A stretch of 60,554 bases of DNA, filler included. It is 4 parts of 4 records of this genome, joined end to end, with 100 filler letters (N's around TTAATTAATTAA, not from the genome) between each part and the next. Parts side by side here need not be neighbours in the genome. Positions count along the whole stretch, not along the records: positions 1 to 30,300 come from SRR20825006_824; 3 more parts are not named here. One strand, written 5' to 3'. Shown one piece after another: positions 1 to 10,976 of this stretch. Position 1 is the stretch's first letter; every line of letters begins with the position of its first letter. Under the pieces are notes generated by a model, which was not told the DNA's origin, ran no database searches, and saw only the letters and a program-made list of their open reading frames with translations. The position numbers and the translations under genes are program-made.

Positions 1-2646
1 CATGATGATCAGCGGGTGAATCCAGCTTTCAAACTGGGCAGCCAGTACCAGGAATACAATCACCAGCGCCAGCGCAAAGGTCACCAGAATCGCCGACGCC
101 GACTCTTGCAGTTCCTCGGCCATGCCCTTGTAACCAATGCGCGCTTCCAGTGGCAGCCGCTCGCGGGCCTGCTCCTCCACATAGCGCATGGCCGTGGCCA
201 GGTCATAACCGTCGGCCAGGTTGGCGGACAGGGTAATCGCCGGCAGACGATCCACCCGGCGCAGCTCCGGTGCATCACCGGTGGTGGTTAATTCCACCAC
301 ACTGGAAAACGGCACCAAGCCACCACTGTCACTGCGCAGATAGATCGGCAGCACATCGTCAGGCACTTCACTGGCGCTCTTTTCCGCCTCCAGCAACACG
401 TCGTACTCGCGCCCCCGATCCACATAGGTGGACACGGTCAGGGTGGCAAACATGGCCTGCAGGGTTTCCCCCACATCGGTGGCGGTGATGCCCAGATCCG
501 CCGCCCGCTCACGGTCCAGATTCACATCCAGTTGTGGCTGGGTCTGCTCGAAGTCGGTGTCGATACTGGTCAGGTTCGGGTTTTCGCGCAGGGCCGCCAT
601 CAGGGTTTCACTCCAGGCCAGCACTTGCTCATAGTCTGGCCCGGCCACCACCACTTCCAGCGCCTGGTCGAAGGCACTCTGGCCCAGCCCCGGCGGATTC
701 ACCGCAAAGGCCCGCAAGCCGGTGACCTGGGACAACTGCCCGCGCAACTCGCCAACAATCTCCTGCTGGGTACGGTCGCGCTCTTCCCAATCTTTCAACC
801 TCACGATGGTAAACGCCCGCTCCGGCACGCCACGGAAACCGACGATGGCCAACACCCGCTCGGCTTCACCATTTTCCACCAGGGGCATCAGCATTTTTTC
901 CACCGCCTGGGTGTGGTGGGCGCCGTATTCCACCGTGGAGCCCTGGGGCGAGGTTGCAGGAATAATGAAGACGCCACGGTCTTCCGTGGGCGCCAGCTCC
1001 TGGGGCAATTGCCGAAACAGCAACGCCGCCGCCAGGCACAACAACACGCAACCTACCGCCAACGGCCAGGGGCTTGTCAGGGTCCGTTGCAGGCCGTTGG
1101 CATAGGCCTGATTCAGGCGTGTCAGGCCCCGCTGCAGAAAATTGTTCTGCCCTTGTTGTTCCTTGCGGCTATGGCGATGCAGCCAACGGGAACACAGCAT
1201 GGGCGCCAGGCTCAGGGCGACGATACTGGAGATGATTACCGCCGACGCCAGGGTAAAACCGAATTCACTGAACAGCCGCCCCACGTCGCCGCCCATAAAG
1301 GAAATGGGCACGAACACCGCCACCAGTGTCAGCGTGGTTGCGACCACGGCAAAGGCCACTTGCCGGGCACCAAGATACGCAGCCACCAACCGCGACTCGC
1401 CTTCATCGATACGGCGCTGGATGTTTTCCAGCATGACGATGGCGTCATCCACCACCAGGCCGATGGCCAGGATCAGCGCCAGCAGGGTCAGCACGTTGAT
1501 GGAAAAATCCATCACCCCGAAACCAATAAAGGCACCGATCACCGACACCGGAATAGTCACCGCCGGGATCAGAGTGGCGCGCAAGTTGCCAAGAAAGGCA
1601 AAGATCACCGCGATCACCAGCACCACGGAAATCCCCAGGGTGATCAGCACCTCGCGAATAGACGCCCGGATAAACAGGGATTCATCCGAGTTGATATCCA
1701 GATGAATATCCGCTGGCAAGCTCTCACGCACCGCATCGATTTCTTCGCGCACCCGGTCCGACACCGCCACGGTATTGGCCTTGGATTGGCGCACAACGCC
1801 CAGCCCAATAGCCGTTTCACCGTTGGCACGCAGTACCGAATCATCGTTCTCCACGCCCAGTGCAACGCGCGCTACATCGCCCAAGCGCAGCAAGTAATCG
1901 CCCTGGCGGCGGACCACCAGGTCCTCAAATGCCTGCACCGTGGCCAGGCGGTTATCCGCCCGAATGGTGAAACCACGGGATTCCGATTCCAGCTTGCCCG
2001 CCGGCAATTCCACGTTGTTGCTGCGCAGGGCCTGTTCAATATCTGTCACGGTGACCTGGTTGGCCGCCATGCTCTGGCGGTCCAGCCACACCCGCATGGC
2101 ATACCGACGCTCACCGCCGATGATCACTTCCGACACCCCGTCGAGCACAGCAAAACGGTCCACCAGTGACCGTTCGGCAAAATCTGTCAGCTCCTGAGGG
2201 GCTAGCGTGCTACTGGTCAGGGTCACCCAGATAATGGGCCGGGCATCGGCATCGGCTTTGGCAATCACCGGGGTTTCCGCTTCTTCCGGTAACCGGTTGA
2301 GCACCCGGGATACCGCATCGCGCACGTCATTGGCGGCGATATCCACATCCCTTTCCAGGGTGAATTCCACCGTGGTACGGGCTGAGCCCAGGCGGCTGCG
2401 CGACTCGATCTTGCGCACCCCTTCCACCCCGGAAATCGCCCCTTCGATGACCTGAATGATCTGGGTATCAATGACCTCCGGCGCGGCGCCGGCATAATCC
2501 ACACTGATGGACACTTCCGGCGGATCGATATCCGGATACTCACGAATCGGCAGCTTCATTAGCGCGCTAACGCCAAACACCACGATCAACAGGCTGATCA
2601 CCGTGGCGAAAACCGGCCGCTTGATAGAGACATCGGACAAAATCAT
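1..2646 (-). CDS. RND (AcrB/MdtB-family) efflux transporter, runs off left end
   Basis: Manual translation: starts MILSDVSIKRPVFATV, contains INVLTLLALILAIGLVVDDAIVMLENIQR (RND TM4 DD motif); ATG overlaps MFP stop (ATGA). Missing from the ORF track because it is truncated. Confidence 0.93.
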   Translation of the reverse strand, partial: MILSDVSIKRPVFATVISLLIVVFGVSALMKLPIREYPDIDPPEVSISVDYAGAAPEVIDTQIIQVIEGAISGVEGVRKIESRSRLGSARTTVEFTLERDVDIAANDVRDAVSRVLNRLPEEAETPVIAKADADARPIIWVTLTSSTLAPQELTDFAERSLVDRFAVLDGVSEVIIGGERRYAMRVWLDRQSMAANQVTVTDIEQALRSNNVELPAGKLESESRGFTIRADNRLATVQAFEDLVVRRQGDYLLRLGDVARVALGVENDDSVLRANGETAIGLGVVRQSKANTVAVSDRVREEIDAVRESLPADIHLDINSDESLFIRASIREVLITLGISVVLVIAVIFAFLGNLRATLIPAVTIPVSVIGAFIGFGVMDFSINVLTLLALILAIGLVVDDAIVMLENIQRRIDEGESRLVAAYLGARQVAFAVVATTLTLVAVFVPISFMGGDVGRLFSEFGFTLASAVIISSIVALSLAPMLCSRWLHRHSRKEQQGQNNFLQRGLTRLNQAYANGLQRTLTSPWPLAVGCVLLCLAAALLFRQLPQELAPTEDRGVFIIPATSPQGSTVEYGAHHTQAVEKMLMPLVENGEAERVLAIVGFRGVPERAFTIVRLKDWEERDRTQQEIVGELRGQLSQVTGLRAFAVNPPGLGQSAFDQALEVVVAGPDYEQVLAWSETLMAALRENPNLTSIDTDFEQTQPQLDVNLDRERAADLGITATDVGETLQAMFATLTVSTYVDRGREYDVLLEAEKSASEVPDDVLPIYLRSDSGGLVPFSSVVELTTTGDAPELRRVDRLPAITLSANLADGYDLATAMRYVEEQARERLPLEARIGYKGMAEELQESASAILVTFALALVIVFLVLAAQFESWIHPLIIM

Positions 2647-3803
2647 GCGGCGGCCTCGCCCGTTACCGGTTGACCATCCGGGTCCGCCGCCGGGGGCTCA
2701 GCGGAGGGGGACTCCGCTGGTGGCGCCGGGTTCAGCAATACTCGCTGCCCGGGCATCAACGCTTCCGGGTCCTCGATCACCTTCACCGGCTGGCTGCTGC
2801 CCAGGCGGGAGTGGCCGTTGACGATCACATCCGGTTTGTTGGTCAGGCCACTGGTCACTTCTACCCAGCCATCCCGGCGACCGCCCAGCGTTATCGGATG
2901 GCGCTGAGCCTTATTGTCCGGGCTTACCGTGAACACATAACTCTGCGCCCCCTGGGTGATCACCGCCTGCTCCGGCACCAACAGAGCTTCCCGTTCCGCT
3001 AACTGCACGCACACCCGTAGAAACTGGCCGGGCAATAATTGCCCCTGGGGGTTATTCAGCCGGGCACGCACCGTCAGGCTACGGCTGCTGCTGCTCACCC
3101 GGGAATCCAGGTGGGTGATCGCGCCTTCAAAAATTTGATCTTCAAATGCGGAATTCTGCGCCTGCACCGGCAACCCCACCGCCAACTTGCCCAAGTAGCG
3201 TTCGGGTATCTGGAAATCCACTTCCAGATGTCCAAGATTATCCAGGGTCGTAATCGGGTTGCCCGTCTGCAGATAGGCACCGGGATCCACCTGTCTCAAC
3301 CCCAGCACCCCGGCAAACGGCGCGCGAATGGTATGGTCGTTAAAATTGGCGCGGGCCACATTGCGGCTGGCCTCGGCGGCTTCCAGGGTGGTGCGGAAGG
3401 TATCCACCTCGGATTGGGAAATGGCGCGACGCTCCACCAGCTGCTGACCCCGGCGGTAATCATCCCTGGCGCGCTGATATTCCGCCTCGGCACGGGCCAG
3501 TTCGGCACGGGCATTACGGTCATCCAGCGTCACCAGCAGCTGGCCCCGGGTGACCTGCTGGCCTTGCTGAAAATGGATCTCCGCCACCCGGCCCGGCACT
3601 TCCGCCAACAACACCACAGCCTGGGCCGCCCGGGCGGTACCCACGGCTTCCACCCGGTCGTACAGGGGGCGCTCAATGCTCGGTGCCAGGTTCACTACGG
3701 TTGGCGGGCGGGTTCCCATGGGCGCCTGCTCAGCCGGCCACAGCCACCAAGCCCCCATTCCCACCAGTGCCACCAACACCAGCCCCGCGATAATCCGCGC
3801 CAT
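2643..3803 (-). CDS. RND efflux membrane fusion protein (periplasmic adaptor)
   Basis: N-terminal TM (MARIIAGLVLVALVG), lipoyl-hairpin segments and IRAPFAG motif; GGAG RBS before ATG at 3803; directly upstream of the RND gene. Confidence 0.92.
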   Translation of the reverse strand: MARIIAGLVLVALVGMGAWWLWPAEQAPMGTRPPTVVNLAPSIERPLYDRVEAVGTARAAQAVVLLAEVPGRVAEIHFQQGQQVTRGQLLVTLDDRNARAELARAEAEYQRARDDYRRGQQLVERRAISQSEVDTFRTTLEAAEASRNVARANFNDHTIRAPFAGVLGLRQVDPGAYLQTGNPITTLDNLGHLEVDFQIPERYLGKLAVGLPVQAQNSAFEDQIFEGAITHLDSRVSSSSRSLTVRARLNNPQGQLLPGQFLRVCVQLAEREALLVPEQAVITQGAQSYVFTVSPDNKAQRHPITLGGRRDGWVEVTSGLTNKPDVIVNGHSRLGSSQPVKVIEDPEALMPGQRVLLNPAPPAESPSAEPPAADPDGQPVTGEAAA

Positions 3804-3974
3804 GCCATTCTCCGTTATTCCGATGCAAGCCAAGTCTGATTCACGACAGGAAAGTCTAACGTGCAATTATGCAAGGAATGCGTAACCGCTGCGTTAGTGG
3901 GAACAAATAAATTGAAGAGGGTTCATGTAAAGATCGTCAGCGGCACAAAACACGGCCCCAGTGGTGGCCCCTGA

Positions 3975-4011
3975 AAAGAAAAAGCCCACCTGAATGGTGG
4001 GCTTTTTCTTT
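3975..4011. terminator. Bidirectional rho-independent terminator
   Basis: AAAGAAAAAGCCCACC-TGAAT-GGTGGGCTTTTTCTTT perfect hairpin with A/T tails, downstream of the acyl-CoA ligase. Confidence 0.9.
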
Positions 4012-4065
4012 CGTGCCGCGTGTTGCGTGAAGCGTGTTGCGTCTCTTTTACCGTGTTGCGTCTCT
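4011..4065 (-). repeat. Degenerate heptamer array (NNCACGC)n
   Basis: Minus strand after TAG: AGAGACGC AACACGG TAAA AGAGACGC AACACGC TTCACGC AACACGC GGCACGA. Confidence 0.75.
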
Positions 4066-5712
4066 CTAAACCATTTCCGCGCGCATCTTCTTCTTGTCCA
4101 GCTTGCCCACGGAGGTGCGCGGCAGCTCGTCCACAAAGACCACCCGATCAGGGATACCGTAGCGGCTGATCACGCCCTTGTCGGCATAATCGCCAACCAG
4201 CGCCTTGATGCTGTCTTCATCTGCTTCACCGCTTTTCACCACCAGCGCCACCGGGCGTTCACCCCATTTTTCATCGGGCACCCCCACCACGGCGCACTCG
4301 CCCACGCCCGGGTGCTGCAGCACCAGGCCTTCCAGATCAATGGAAGACACCCACTCGCCACCGGTCTTGATCACATCCTTGATGCGGTCAACGATTTTCA
4401 GCCAACCATCCTCGGACATTACCGCCACATCCCCGGTGTGCAGCCAGCCGCCATGCCACAACTCTTCGGATTTATCCGGGTCGTTCAGGTAACCCTGGGT
4501 CAGCCAGGGCGCGCGCACCACCACTTCCCCCTGGCTCTTGTTGTCATGGGGCACGTCATTCATTTCACCGTCGACGATGCGAATCTGCACCATGGCCACC
4601 GGGCGGCCGGTGCGGGTGCGGTAATCCGCCTGGGTTTCCAGGTCCGCGTTTTCCAGTTCCGGGGTCAGCTGGGCCAGGGTCAACAGCGGGCAGGTCTCGC
4701 TCATGCCGTAACCGGTATAGATATCGATACCGCGCTCCAGCGCCCCCATGGCCAGCGCCTTGGGCAGGGCCGAGCCGCCGATGATGACTTTCCAGCCACT
4801 CAGGTCGATGCTCTTGGCCGCTTCCGCCTGCAGCAACATTTGGATGATGGTGGGAACACAGTGTGAAAAAGTAACTTTGTGGGTCACCAGTAGTTTCAAC
4901 AGGGTGGCCGGCTCGTAACGGCCCGGGTACACCTGTTTCACCCCCATCATGGTAGCCATGAACGGGATGCCCCAGGCGTGTACATGGAACATGGGCGTGA
5001 TCGGCATGTAGACGTCGTCTTCGTTGAAACGCCCCTGGCCCACACCGGCCATGGTGTTACGGCCGGCAAAGGTGTGCAGCACCAGCTGTCGGTGAGAGAA
5101 ATACACGCCCTTGGGCAGGCCGGTGGTGCCGGTGGTATAGAAGGTGGTCGCGCGGGTGTTTTCGTCCAGCTCCGGGAAATCGTACTGGGCCGGCGCCTTG
5201 GCCAGCAGCTCTTCATATTCACCCGCCAGCGGCAGGCTATCACTGCTTTTCACACCCTCTTCCTGAGAAGACGTGTCGTCGAGCAGGATGTAGGTCTTTA
5301 CCGTCTCGATGCGGTCTTGCAGCTCTTCCAGGATCGGCAGGAATTCGCTGTTGACCAGAATCGCATCATCTTCCGCATGGTTGATGGTGTAGAGAATCTG
5401 TTCCGGGCTCAGGCGCACGTTCACGGTGTGCAGCACCGCACCCATCATCGGGATGGCAAAAAAGGCCTCCAGGTAACGGTTGGTGTCCCAGTCCATCACG
5501 GCCACGGTATCACCAGGCTTCACGCCCTGCGCCGCCAGCGCCCCGGCCAAGCGGCGCACGCGCTCGTCAAGGTCGCGGTAGGTGAACGTGCGATCGCCAT
5601 AGGTAATCGTCTGGTCCGGTGCCTTGCGCACACCGGCTTCCAGAATATGGTTGATGACCAGTGACGACTCCACCGCTGAGGCGCTGCGGGGGATGTTCAG
5701 ATGACTACTCAT
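4066..5712 (-). CDS. Medium/long-chain fatty acyl-CoA ligase (AMP-binding)
   Basis: [37 protein letters not shown] and [10 protein letters not shown] motifs; start taken at MSSHL, which has a GGAG RBS. Confidence 0.93.
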   Translation of the reverse strand: MSSHLNIPRSASAVESSLVINHILEAGVRKAPDQTITYGDRTFTYRDLDERVRRLAGALAAQGVKPGDTVAVMDWDTNRYLEAFFAIPMMGAVLHTVNVRLSPEQILYTINHAEDDAILVNSEFLPILEELQDRIETVKTYILLDDTSSQEEGVKSSDSLPLAGEYEELLAKAPAQYDFPELDENTRATTFYTTGTTGLPKGVYFSHRQLVLHTFAGRNTMAGVGQGRFNEDDVYMPITPMFHVHAWGIPFMATMMGVKQVYPGRYEPATLLKLLVTHKVTFSHCVPTIIQMLLQAEAAKSIDLSGWKVIIGGSALPKALAMGALERGIDIYTGYGMSETCPLLTLAQLTPELENADLETQADYRTRTGRPVAMVQIRIVDGEMNDVPHDNKSQGEVVVRAPWLTQGYLNDPDKSEELWHGGWLHTGDVAVMSEDGWLKIVDRIKDVIKTGGEWVSSIDLEGLVLQHPGVGECAVVGVPDEKWGERPVALVVKSGEADEDSIKALVGDYADKGVISRYGIPDRVVFVDELPRTSVGKLDKKKMRAEMV

Positions 5713-5967
5713 AACTTGCTCCGTTACCTTGTTATTCTGCCGTTCACGGGCAGGAAAAAGCGGCACGCTCTTACCTACCCATCAGTATGTGGGCGTTCAA
5801 GACTGACACAGACCTCCATACAGGTCATCTGTCAGCAGGCCCAATAGGTTACAAAATACTACCCGTTGTAGACACCCTGTCTAGCACAGCCTTTCAGCGC
5901 TTGTTTGCTGCTATGGCGGCCCATCGTGAAGCCCCCATTTAGGTCGGGCTGCCATCCTGTTAGTGGA

Positions 5968-7347
5968 TCAAGGATGGGTGAGATCTTTCGGATCCAGCAG
6001 TTTTTCCAGCTCCTGCCGGGACAGGCCGGACTGTTCTTCGGCCACATCCAGCACCGCCCTGCCACTGGCAAACGCTTCTTTGGCAATCTTCGCCGCTTTT
6101 TCGTAGCCGATCACCGGGTTCAGGGCGGTGACCAGAATGGGGTTCTTCCCTACGCCTTCGGCCAGGCGCTCTTCATTGAACGTCATCCCCTTGATCGCCC
6201 GCTCCGCCAGATTGCTGCAGCTGTTCGCCAACCATTCGGTCATATCCAGCAGATTGCTGGCTACCAGCGGCAGCATGACATTGAGCTGAAAGTTGCCGCT
6301 CTGGGCAGCGATGGTATTGGCCTGATCCAGCCCCATTACCTGGGTTGCCACCATGGTGGCGGACTCGCAAATCACCGGATTCACCTTGCCCGGCATGATC
6401 GACGAACCCGGCTGCGTGGCCGGCAGCTGCACCTCGCCCAGCCCGTGGATCGGCCCGGAATTCATCCAGCGCAGGTCATTGCTGATCTTCATCAACACCA
6501 CCGCAACACCGCGCAGCGCCGCCGATAACGCCAGCGGACTGTCCAGCGCACTCTGCGCCACAAAGGGATGGGGCATGGCGCGAAAGGCCAGATTCGTTTC
6601 TTCTGCCAAGTGGCGGGCAAAGGTGTCAGCGAAATCCGGGTGGGCATTAATACCGCTGCCCACGGCCGTGCCGCCCTGGGGCACCGCCAACAGGTCATCA
6701 CGGGCCCGCGCCACACGCCCACAGGCATCCTGCAACTGCATGGCCCAGGTCTGCAGCTCCTGTTCCACGGTCACCGGCATGGCATCCATCAAGTGGGTGC
6801 GCCCGGTTTTCACGGTCTCCCGCTGCTCCCGGGCGCGCAGGCCCAGCTCGGCAATCAGTTGCTCAAGCGCCGGGATCAGGTTTTCCGTGACGGCCAGTGC
6901 GGCAGACACATGAATGGCCGTGGGAATGGTGTCGTTACTGCTCTGGCCCAGGTTCACATCGTCATTGGGGTGAATGGGGGCACCGGCTTCCTCACACAGA
7001 TGTGCAATCACCTCATTGACGTTCATGTTGGTGCTGGTGCCGGAGCCGGTCTGGAAGATATCCACCGGAAACTGGTCCAGGTGATGGCCCGCCAGCAGAT
7101 CGTTGCAGGCACCGACAATGGCCACGGCCTTGTCGGCTGACAACGTTTCAAGCTGCCGGTTGGTTTCCGCCGCACACCGTTTAATACGGACCACGGCCTG
7201 GATAAAGCGAGTTGGCAACTGACGGCCGCTGATAGGGAAATTATCCACCGCACGCTGGGTCTGGGCGCCCCAACGTGCGCTGGCCGGAACCGCTATGTCA
7301 CCCAGGGAATCAGTTTCTGTGCGCGTATCGCAATGGTGCGTGGACAT
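5968..7347 (-). CDS. fumC: Class II fumarate hydratase
   Basis: GSSIMPGKVNP signature, QTGSGTSTNMN, KTGRTHLMDA. Confidence 0.95.
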   Translation of the reverse strand: MSTHHCDTRTETDSLGDIAVPASARWGAQTQRAVDNFPISGRQLPTRFIQAVVRIKRCAAETNRQLETLSADKAVAIVGACNDLLAGHHLDQFPVDIFQTGSGTSTNMNVNEVIAHLCEEAGAPIHPNDDVNLGQSSNDTIPTAIHVSAALAVTENLIPALEQLIAELGLRAREQRETVKTGRTHLMDAMPVTVEQELQTWAMQLQDACGRVARARDDLLAVPQGGTAVGSGINAHPDFADTFARHLAEETNLAFRAMPHPFVAQSALDSPLALSAALRGVAVVLMKISNDLRWMNSGPIHGLGEVQLPATQPGSSIMPGKVNPVICESATMVATQVMGLDQANTIAAQSGNFQLNVMLPLVASNLLDMTEWLANSCSNLAERAIKGMTFNEERLAEGVGKNPILVTALNPVIGYEKAAKIAKEAFASGRAVLDVAEEQSGLSRQELEKLLDPKDLTHP

Positions 7348-7430
7348 GATCAGCCTCCTGCCAACAATAAAACCTGTGTTGTTTCATCATGGCATGGCGA
7401 CAACGGGGATTCATTACAAGTCGGACTGCC

Positions 7431-8036
7431 TCAGGCCTGAAGGGATAGCACGGTATCTGCCAGGTCCCCCGCCAGCTGCTGCAATTCCTGCCTGTCGCCG
7501 GAACGTTGGGCGAACGCCCGCAATCCCATGACTTCGCACTGCAGACGGCGCGCCAATCGGTCCGGCTGATGGGCTGGATCGTCGGGGTCGCGTATCTGCC
7601 CCGCCGCTTTCGCCTCGGCAAAGGCCTGGCGGAAAATCGCCTCCATATCGGCCAGGCGAGTTTCGATTTTCTGCTGTAACGCCGGGGTTTCTGCTCCCGC
7701 TTCCAGCAGCCCCTTGACCAGCATGCAGGCCCGGGAAGGCGGGTTGGTGTCGCGCAGCTTGCCCAGTTCGCGCAGATAGTCTGCCAGCCCTTCGATGGGG
7801 GTTTGCTTGCCACGGAGATTATCCAGGAAATCCTTGCCCATGGTGCCGGCATACAGGTCCAGGGCCTGACTATAGAGCGACTCCTTGTTGCCAAACGCGG
7901 CATAGATGCTGCCGGGGCGCATATCCAGCGCGTGCTCGATGTCTTTGAGAGAGGTGGCATGAAAACCTTTCTCCCAGAACAGGGTCACGGCCTTCTCGAG
8001 GCAATCTTGCCGATCGTACGCCGCCATTCTGGGCAT
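7431..8036 (-). CDS. TetR/AcrR-family transcriptional regulator
   Basis: N-terminal HTH LFWEKGFHATSLKDIEHALDMRPGSIYAAFGNKESL. Confidence 0.92.
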   Translation of the reverse strand: MPRMAAYDRQDCLEKAVTLFWEKGFHATSLKDIEHALDMRPGSIYAAFGNKESLYSQALDLYAGTMGKDFLDNLRGKQTPIEGLADYLRELGKLRDTNPPSRACMLVKGLLEAGAETPALQQKIETRLADMEAIFRQAFAEAKAAGQIRDPDDPAHQPDRLARRLQCEVMGLRAFAQRSGDRQELQQLAGDLADTVLSLQA

Positions 8037-8080
8037 CTGTTATCTCCACCATGCAAACAATAAGCGCAGTTTAACAATTT

Positions 8081-8158
8081 TTGAGTATTCGCTCAAAAAA
8101 GGTATTGCAGACGTTTCTGCACGTGTTAGGGTGACGCTGTTGTTGAGCGATCACTCAA
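8081..8158. promoter_or_regulatory. Two palindromic operators TTGAG-N6-CTCAA (8081-8096, 8143-8158), likely TetR sites
   Basis: TTGAGTATTCGCTCAA and TTGAGCGATCACTCAA in the divergent intergenic region. Confidence 0.7.
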
Positions 8159-8200
8159 ATAAAGACATCGCTTATCCCGGCTGATCCAAAGGAGGACACC

Positions 8201-8767
8201 ATGACCGATTTCACCCTGCACACAGAAGAGACGGCCCCCGAAGCCAGCCTGGCGCTGCTTAAAGAATCGCAGAAAAGCTTTGGCATGATTCCCAATCTGC
8301 ATGCCGTCATGGCCGAAGCCCCCGGCCTGCTGGAGGGCTACCAGAAACTGCACGCGTTATTCCTGGAAACCAGCTTTACCGACGAGGAAGTGACCGTGGT
8401 CTGGCAAACCATCAACGTGGAACATGCCTGCCACTATTGCGTCCCCGCCCATACCGGCATTGCCAAATCCATGGAAGTGGACGACCGCATCACCAACGCA
8501 CTGCGCGACAAGACCCCCTTGCCCACAGACAAACTGGAAGCCCTGCGGGACTTCACCTTATCCGTGGTCCGCGATCGTGGCGAAGTGAACGATGAAGCGG
8601 TGCAGGCTTTCCTCGCCGCAGGCTTTGAAAAACGGCATATCCTGGAAGTGATTCTGGGCCTGTCCCAGAAGGTGATGAGCAATTACACCAATCACCTGGC
8701 CAACACCCCCGTCGACAAGCCGTTCAAAAAGTTTGAATGGCATGCAGATGGCGCCCCCACATCCTGA
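8201..8767 (+). CDS. Carboxymuconolactone decarboxylase / AhpD-like protein
   Basis: FGMIPNL and CHYCVPAH (CxxC..H) motif; AAGGAGG RBS. Confidence 0.88.
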   Translation: MTDFTLHTEETAPEASLALLKESQKSFGMIPNLHAVMAEAPGLLEGYQKLHALFLETSFTDEEVTVVWQTINVEHACHYCVPAHTGIAKSMEVDDRITNALRDKTPLPTDKLEALRDFTLSVVRDRGEVNDEAVQAFLAAGFEKRHILEVILGLSQKVMSNYTNHLANTPVDKPFKKFEWHADGAPTS

Positions 8768-8813
8768 AACCGGGCTGCTCGCCCTGCTTCCACCAACGGG
8801 TGTGAAGCAGGGT

Positions 8814-10967
8814 TTATTCCTGAGGAAGTAAACCGATCGTGGTGCGGATGCTGCCATTGGGAATAACCAACTGCCCCAGACGGTCTGAGCCAAAATAAAT
8901 ATCCGATTTCACTTCCTGCCCCAAGGCGCCGCCAGGTACCGAGGCAAGCCCTGCTGTACCATCCTGTAACCGCTGCACAGCACTACCGCCGAACACAATC
9001 TTGTTGGAAATTTCCAGTTGAGGGCTTTCTCCGTTACCGCTGTGGTTTCGTTCGTGCAATTCCAGTTTGCTGTCCACAATAGCCACGTCCCCCTCTATGT
9101 TCGCCAGCCTCAACTCAACCTCCGGCCGCCCCGGTTCAGCAATCGACCAGAACGAACCCTGACCACTCACCAAGGTACTGTCCGTGGTATCGCTCATGGA
9201 ATAGAGTCTGATGGCAGCACTGTAAGCCAGAAAATTCTCCCCATCCGGTGGTGGAGATAACCGGAAATTCACCAGCCCCTCAAGATTGAGATCCACATCG
9301 GCTATCGCTACCTTGTCATCCCCGCGTGGCAGGGAAACCCCGGCCAGCTCAGCCGAAAGCTGCATTCTGACTCGAGGGGAAAGCAGGTCGATACCTCCAC
9401 CGTAAGCAGCACTGCCTACGGTTCCGGAATTTTTTATCCACAAGCGCATATCATCGGCAGCCAGAAGGAAGTTGGCATTCAACATGCCGATGCCCATATT
9501 CACCGACGGGTCGGTGTCCGCAATCATGAAATGGGTGCCCCGCGACCAGTTGCTGCCCTGATTGCCAGCGTTATCCAATGTCTGCGACATCAGCAGAAAA
9601 TCGATAATAAAACCCTGATTTTCACTGTCTGCGGTAACATGCGACGGGCTCCCACCGGGATACATGGCAATATTGGCATCGATGTTGGCCAGGGTATAAA
9701 TCAACCCCCAATCATAGGTTTCCGGGGCCATGTTATTTGAGCTGACCGTTACCTGATTTGAATACGCCAACAGGTTGCCGTCACGGATAGCCGCCATTAG
9801 CGCCCCACCATCCGTACGATTAACCTGGTTGCTATAGCTGTTGATCAACCCGGTATCGAAGCCCAGCATTTTTCCTCCACACCCCGAACCATGGGTCGCG
9901 CCTCCCCAACACAACCCACCGGGGCCATTTCCGGCAGTCACCACATCCAGCGTGATATTGCGGAAATCAAAACCCAGAGGAGCCCGATTACCACTGCTGT
10001 CCTGAAGATTTCTCCAATCGCCAAACTCCAGCAAAACCTGTTCACCACCGCCCTGACCAATCTGCCAGCGCAGGTCTGTGGATTTAACCCCATCTCCCTG
10101 GTTTTTCTTGTAATTCCAGCTGACACCAAAATTCAGGCCCTGCGTTCGTGCGGAAGTATCATAGGCACCGGCCACTTCGCTGCCATCCCAGATCCCCCCA
10201 CCACGAACCTGCAGTTCAGTGTCATACAGCGTGCCTTCCCAGCCAAAATTCAACATCCGCTTATCGTTGGCGGTCACTGTGGTCATGTCCTGATCAGGAT
10301 GAAATTTGTAGAGAAGATCAAAATTCAGAAGGTAATTAACATCGCCATACAATCGCAATCCATCATTGGTGACTCCGACAGAGGCTTCAGGCATATCCCA
10401 GACAAAATCCAGGTTATCGAGCGTGAGGTTGGCGTGGTAATACCAGTTTTGCCGATAGAACCATTTGGCATCGGTTAGCGCGAAATACAGGGAAGCGGGC
10501 TTGTTGATATCGTCCGTAAAGAAAAGTCCGCGATTGATCAGACGGAAATCCATTCCCCCCACCAGCGCCCATTCTCCGAATGATCGGGTCGAATCATTCA
10601 ATGTCATGGAACTGAAGGAGAAACGGCTGGTATCCGCATGGCTATTGATGCTGAGCAAAGGGCCATTCACATCGGAACCCACATCAATGTCGGTGGTGAA
10701 CCAGATGTCTTCCGTTCCCGTTTTTGTCAGCTGTAAATTATTCAGATACAGGCCCTCAGACTGGCTGGGTGTGGGAGTATCAATCTGCAAGGATAATTGC
10801 TGAGCGGATATGCCAGTAGCATTCAGACTGACCGTTACCCCATCCCTCCCTTGAACAGTGGAAAGCTCCCCTTCCGTCATCGGCTCCAGTGCAAAGACCA
10901 ACACAGGAATAATCGTCAGAATAAAAATTTTAGCGGCAGCTATTTTCTGACTTATTTTATTAATCAT
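8814..10967 (-). CDS. Secreted DUF6160/FilA-like beta-rich protein (717 aa)
   Basis: Signal peptide followed by LEPMTEGELSTVQGRDG; Gly/Asn/Asp-rich beta-strand composition. Family call is from motif recognition only. Confidence 0.7.
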   Translation of the reverse strand: MINKISQKIAAAKIFILTIIPVLVFALEPMTEGELSTVQGRDGVTVSLNATGISAQQLSLQIDTPTPSQSEGLYLNNLQLTKTGTEDIWFTTDIDVGSDVNGPLLSINSHADTSRFSFSSMTLNDSTRSFGEWALVGGMDFRLINRGLFFTDDINKPASLYFALTDAKWFYRQNWYYHANLTLDNLDFVWDMPEASVGVTNDGLRLYGDVNYLLNFDLLYKFHPDQDMTTVTANDKRMLNFGWEGTLYDTELQVRGGGIWDGSEVAGAYDTSARTQGLNFGVSWNYKKNQGDGVKSTDLRWQIGQGGGEQVLLEFGDWRNLQDSSGNRAPLGFDFRNITLDVVTAGNGPGGLCWGGATHGSGCGGKMLGFDTGLINSYSNQVNRTDGGALMAAIRDGNLLAYSNQVTVSSNNMAPETYDWGLIYTLANIDANIAMYPGGSPSHVTADSENQGFIIDFLLMSQTLDNAGNQGSNWSRGTHFMIADTDPSVNMGIGMLNANFLLAADDMRLWIKNSGTVGSAAYGGGIDLLSPRVRMQLSAELAGVSLPRGDDKVAIADVDLNLEGLVNFRLSPPPDGENFLAYSAAIRLYSMSDTTDSTLVSGQGSFWSIAEPGRPEVELRLANIEGDVAIVDSKLELHERNHSGNGESPQLEISNKIVFGGSAVQRLQDGTAGLASVPGGALGQEVKSDIYFGSDRLGQLVIPNGSIRTTIGLLPQE

Positions 10968-10976
10968 CGCGTTCCC

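Noticed and set aside
532-2169. 545-aa plus-strand ORF
   Set aside because: Antisense shadow of the RND gene in high-GC DNA; the motifs are on the minus strand.
5803-5835. Imperfect palindrome CTGACA..GACCT..AGGTC..TGTCAG upstream of the acyl-CoA ligase
   Set aside because: Could be an operator or the fumC terminator; single imperfect instance, cannot be assigned.
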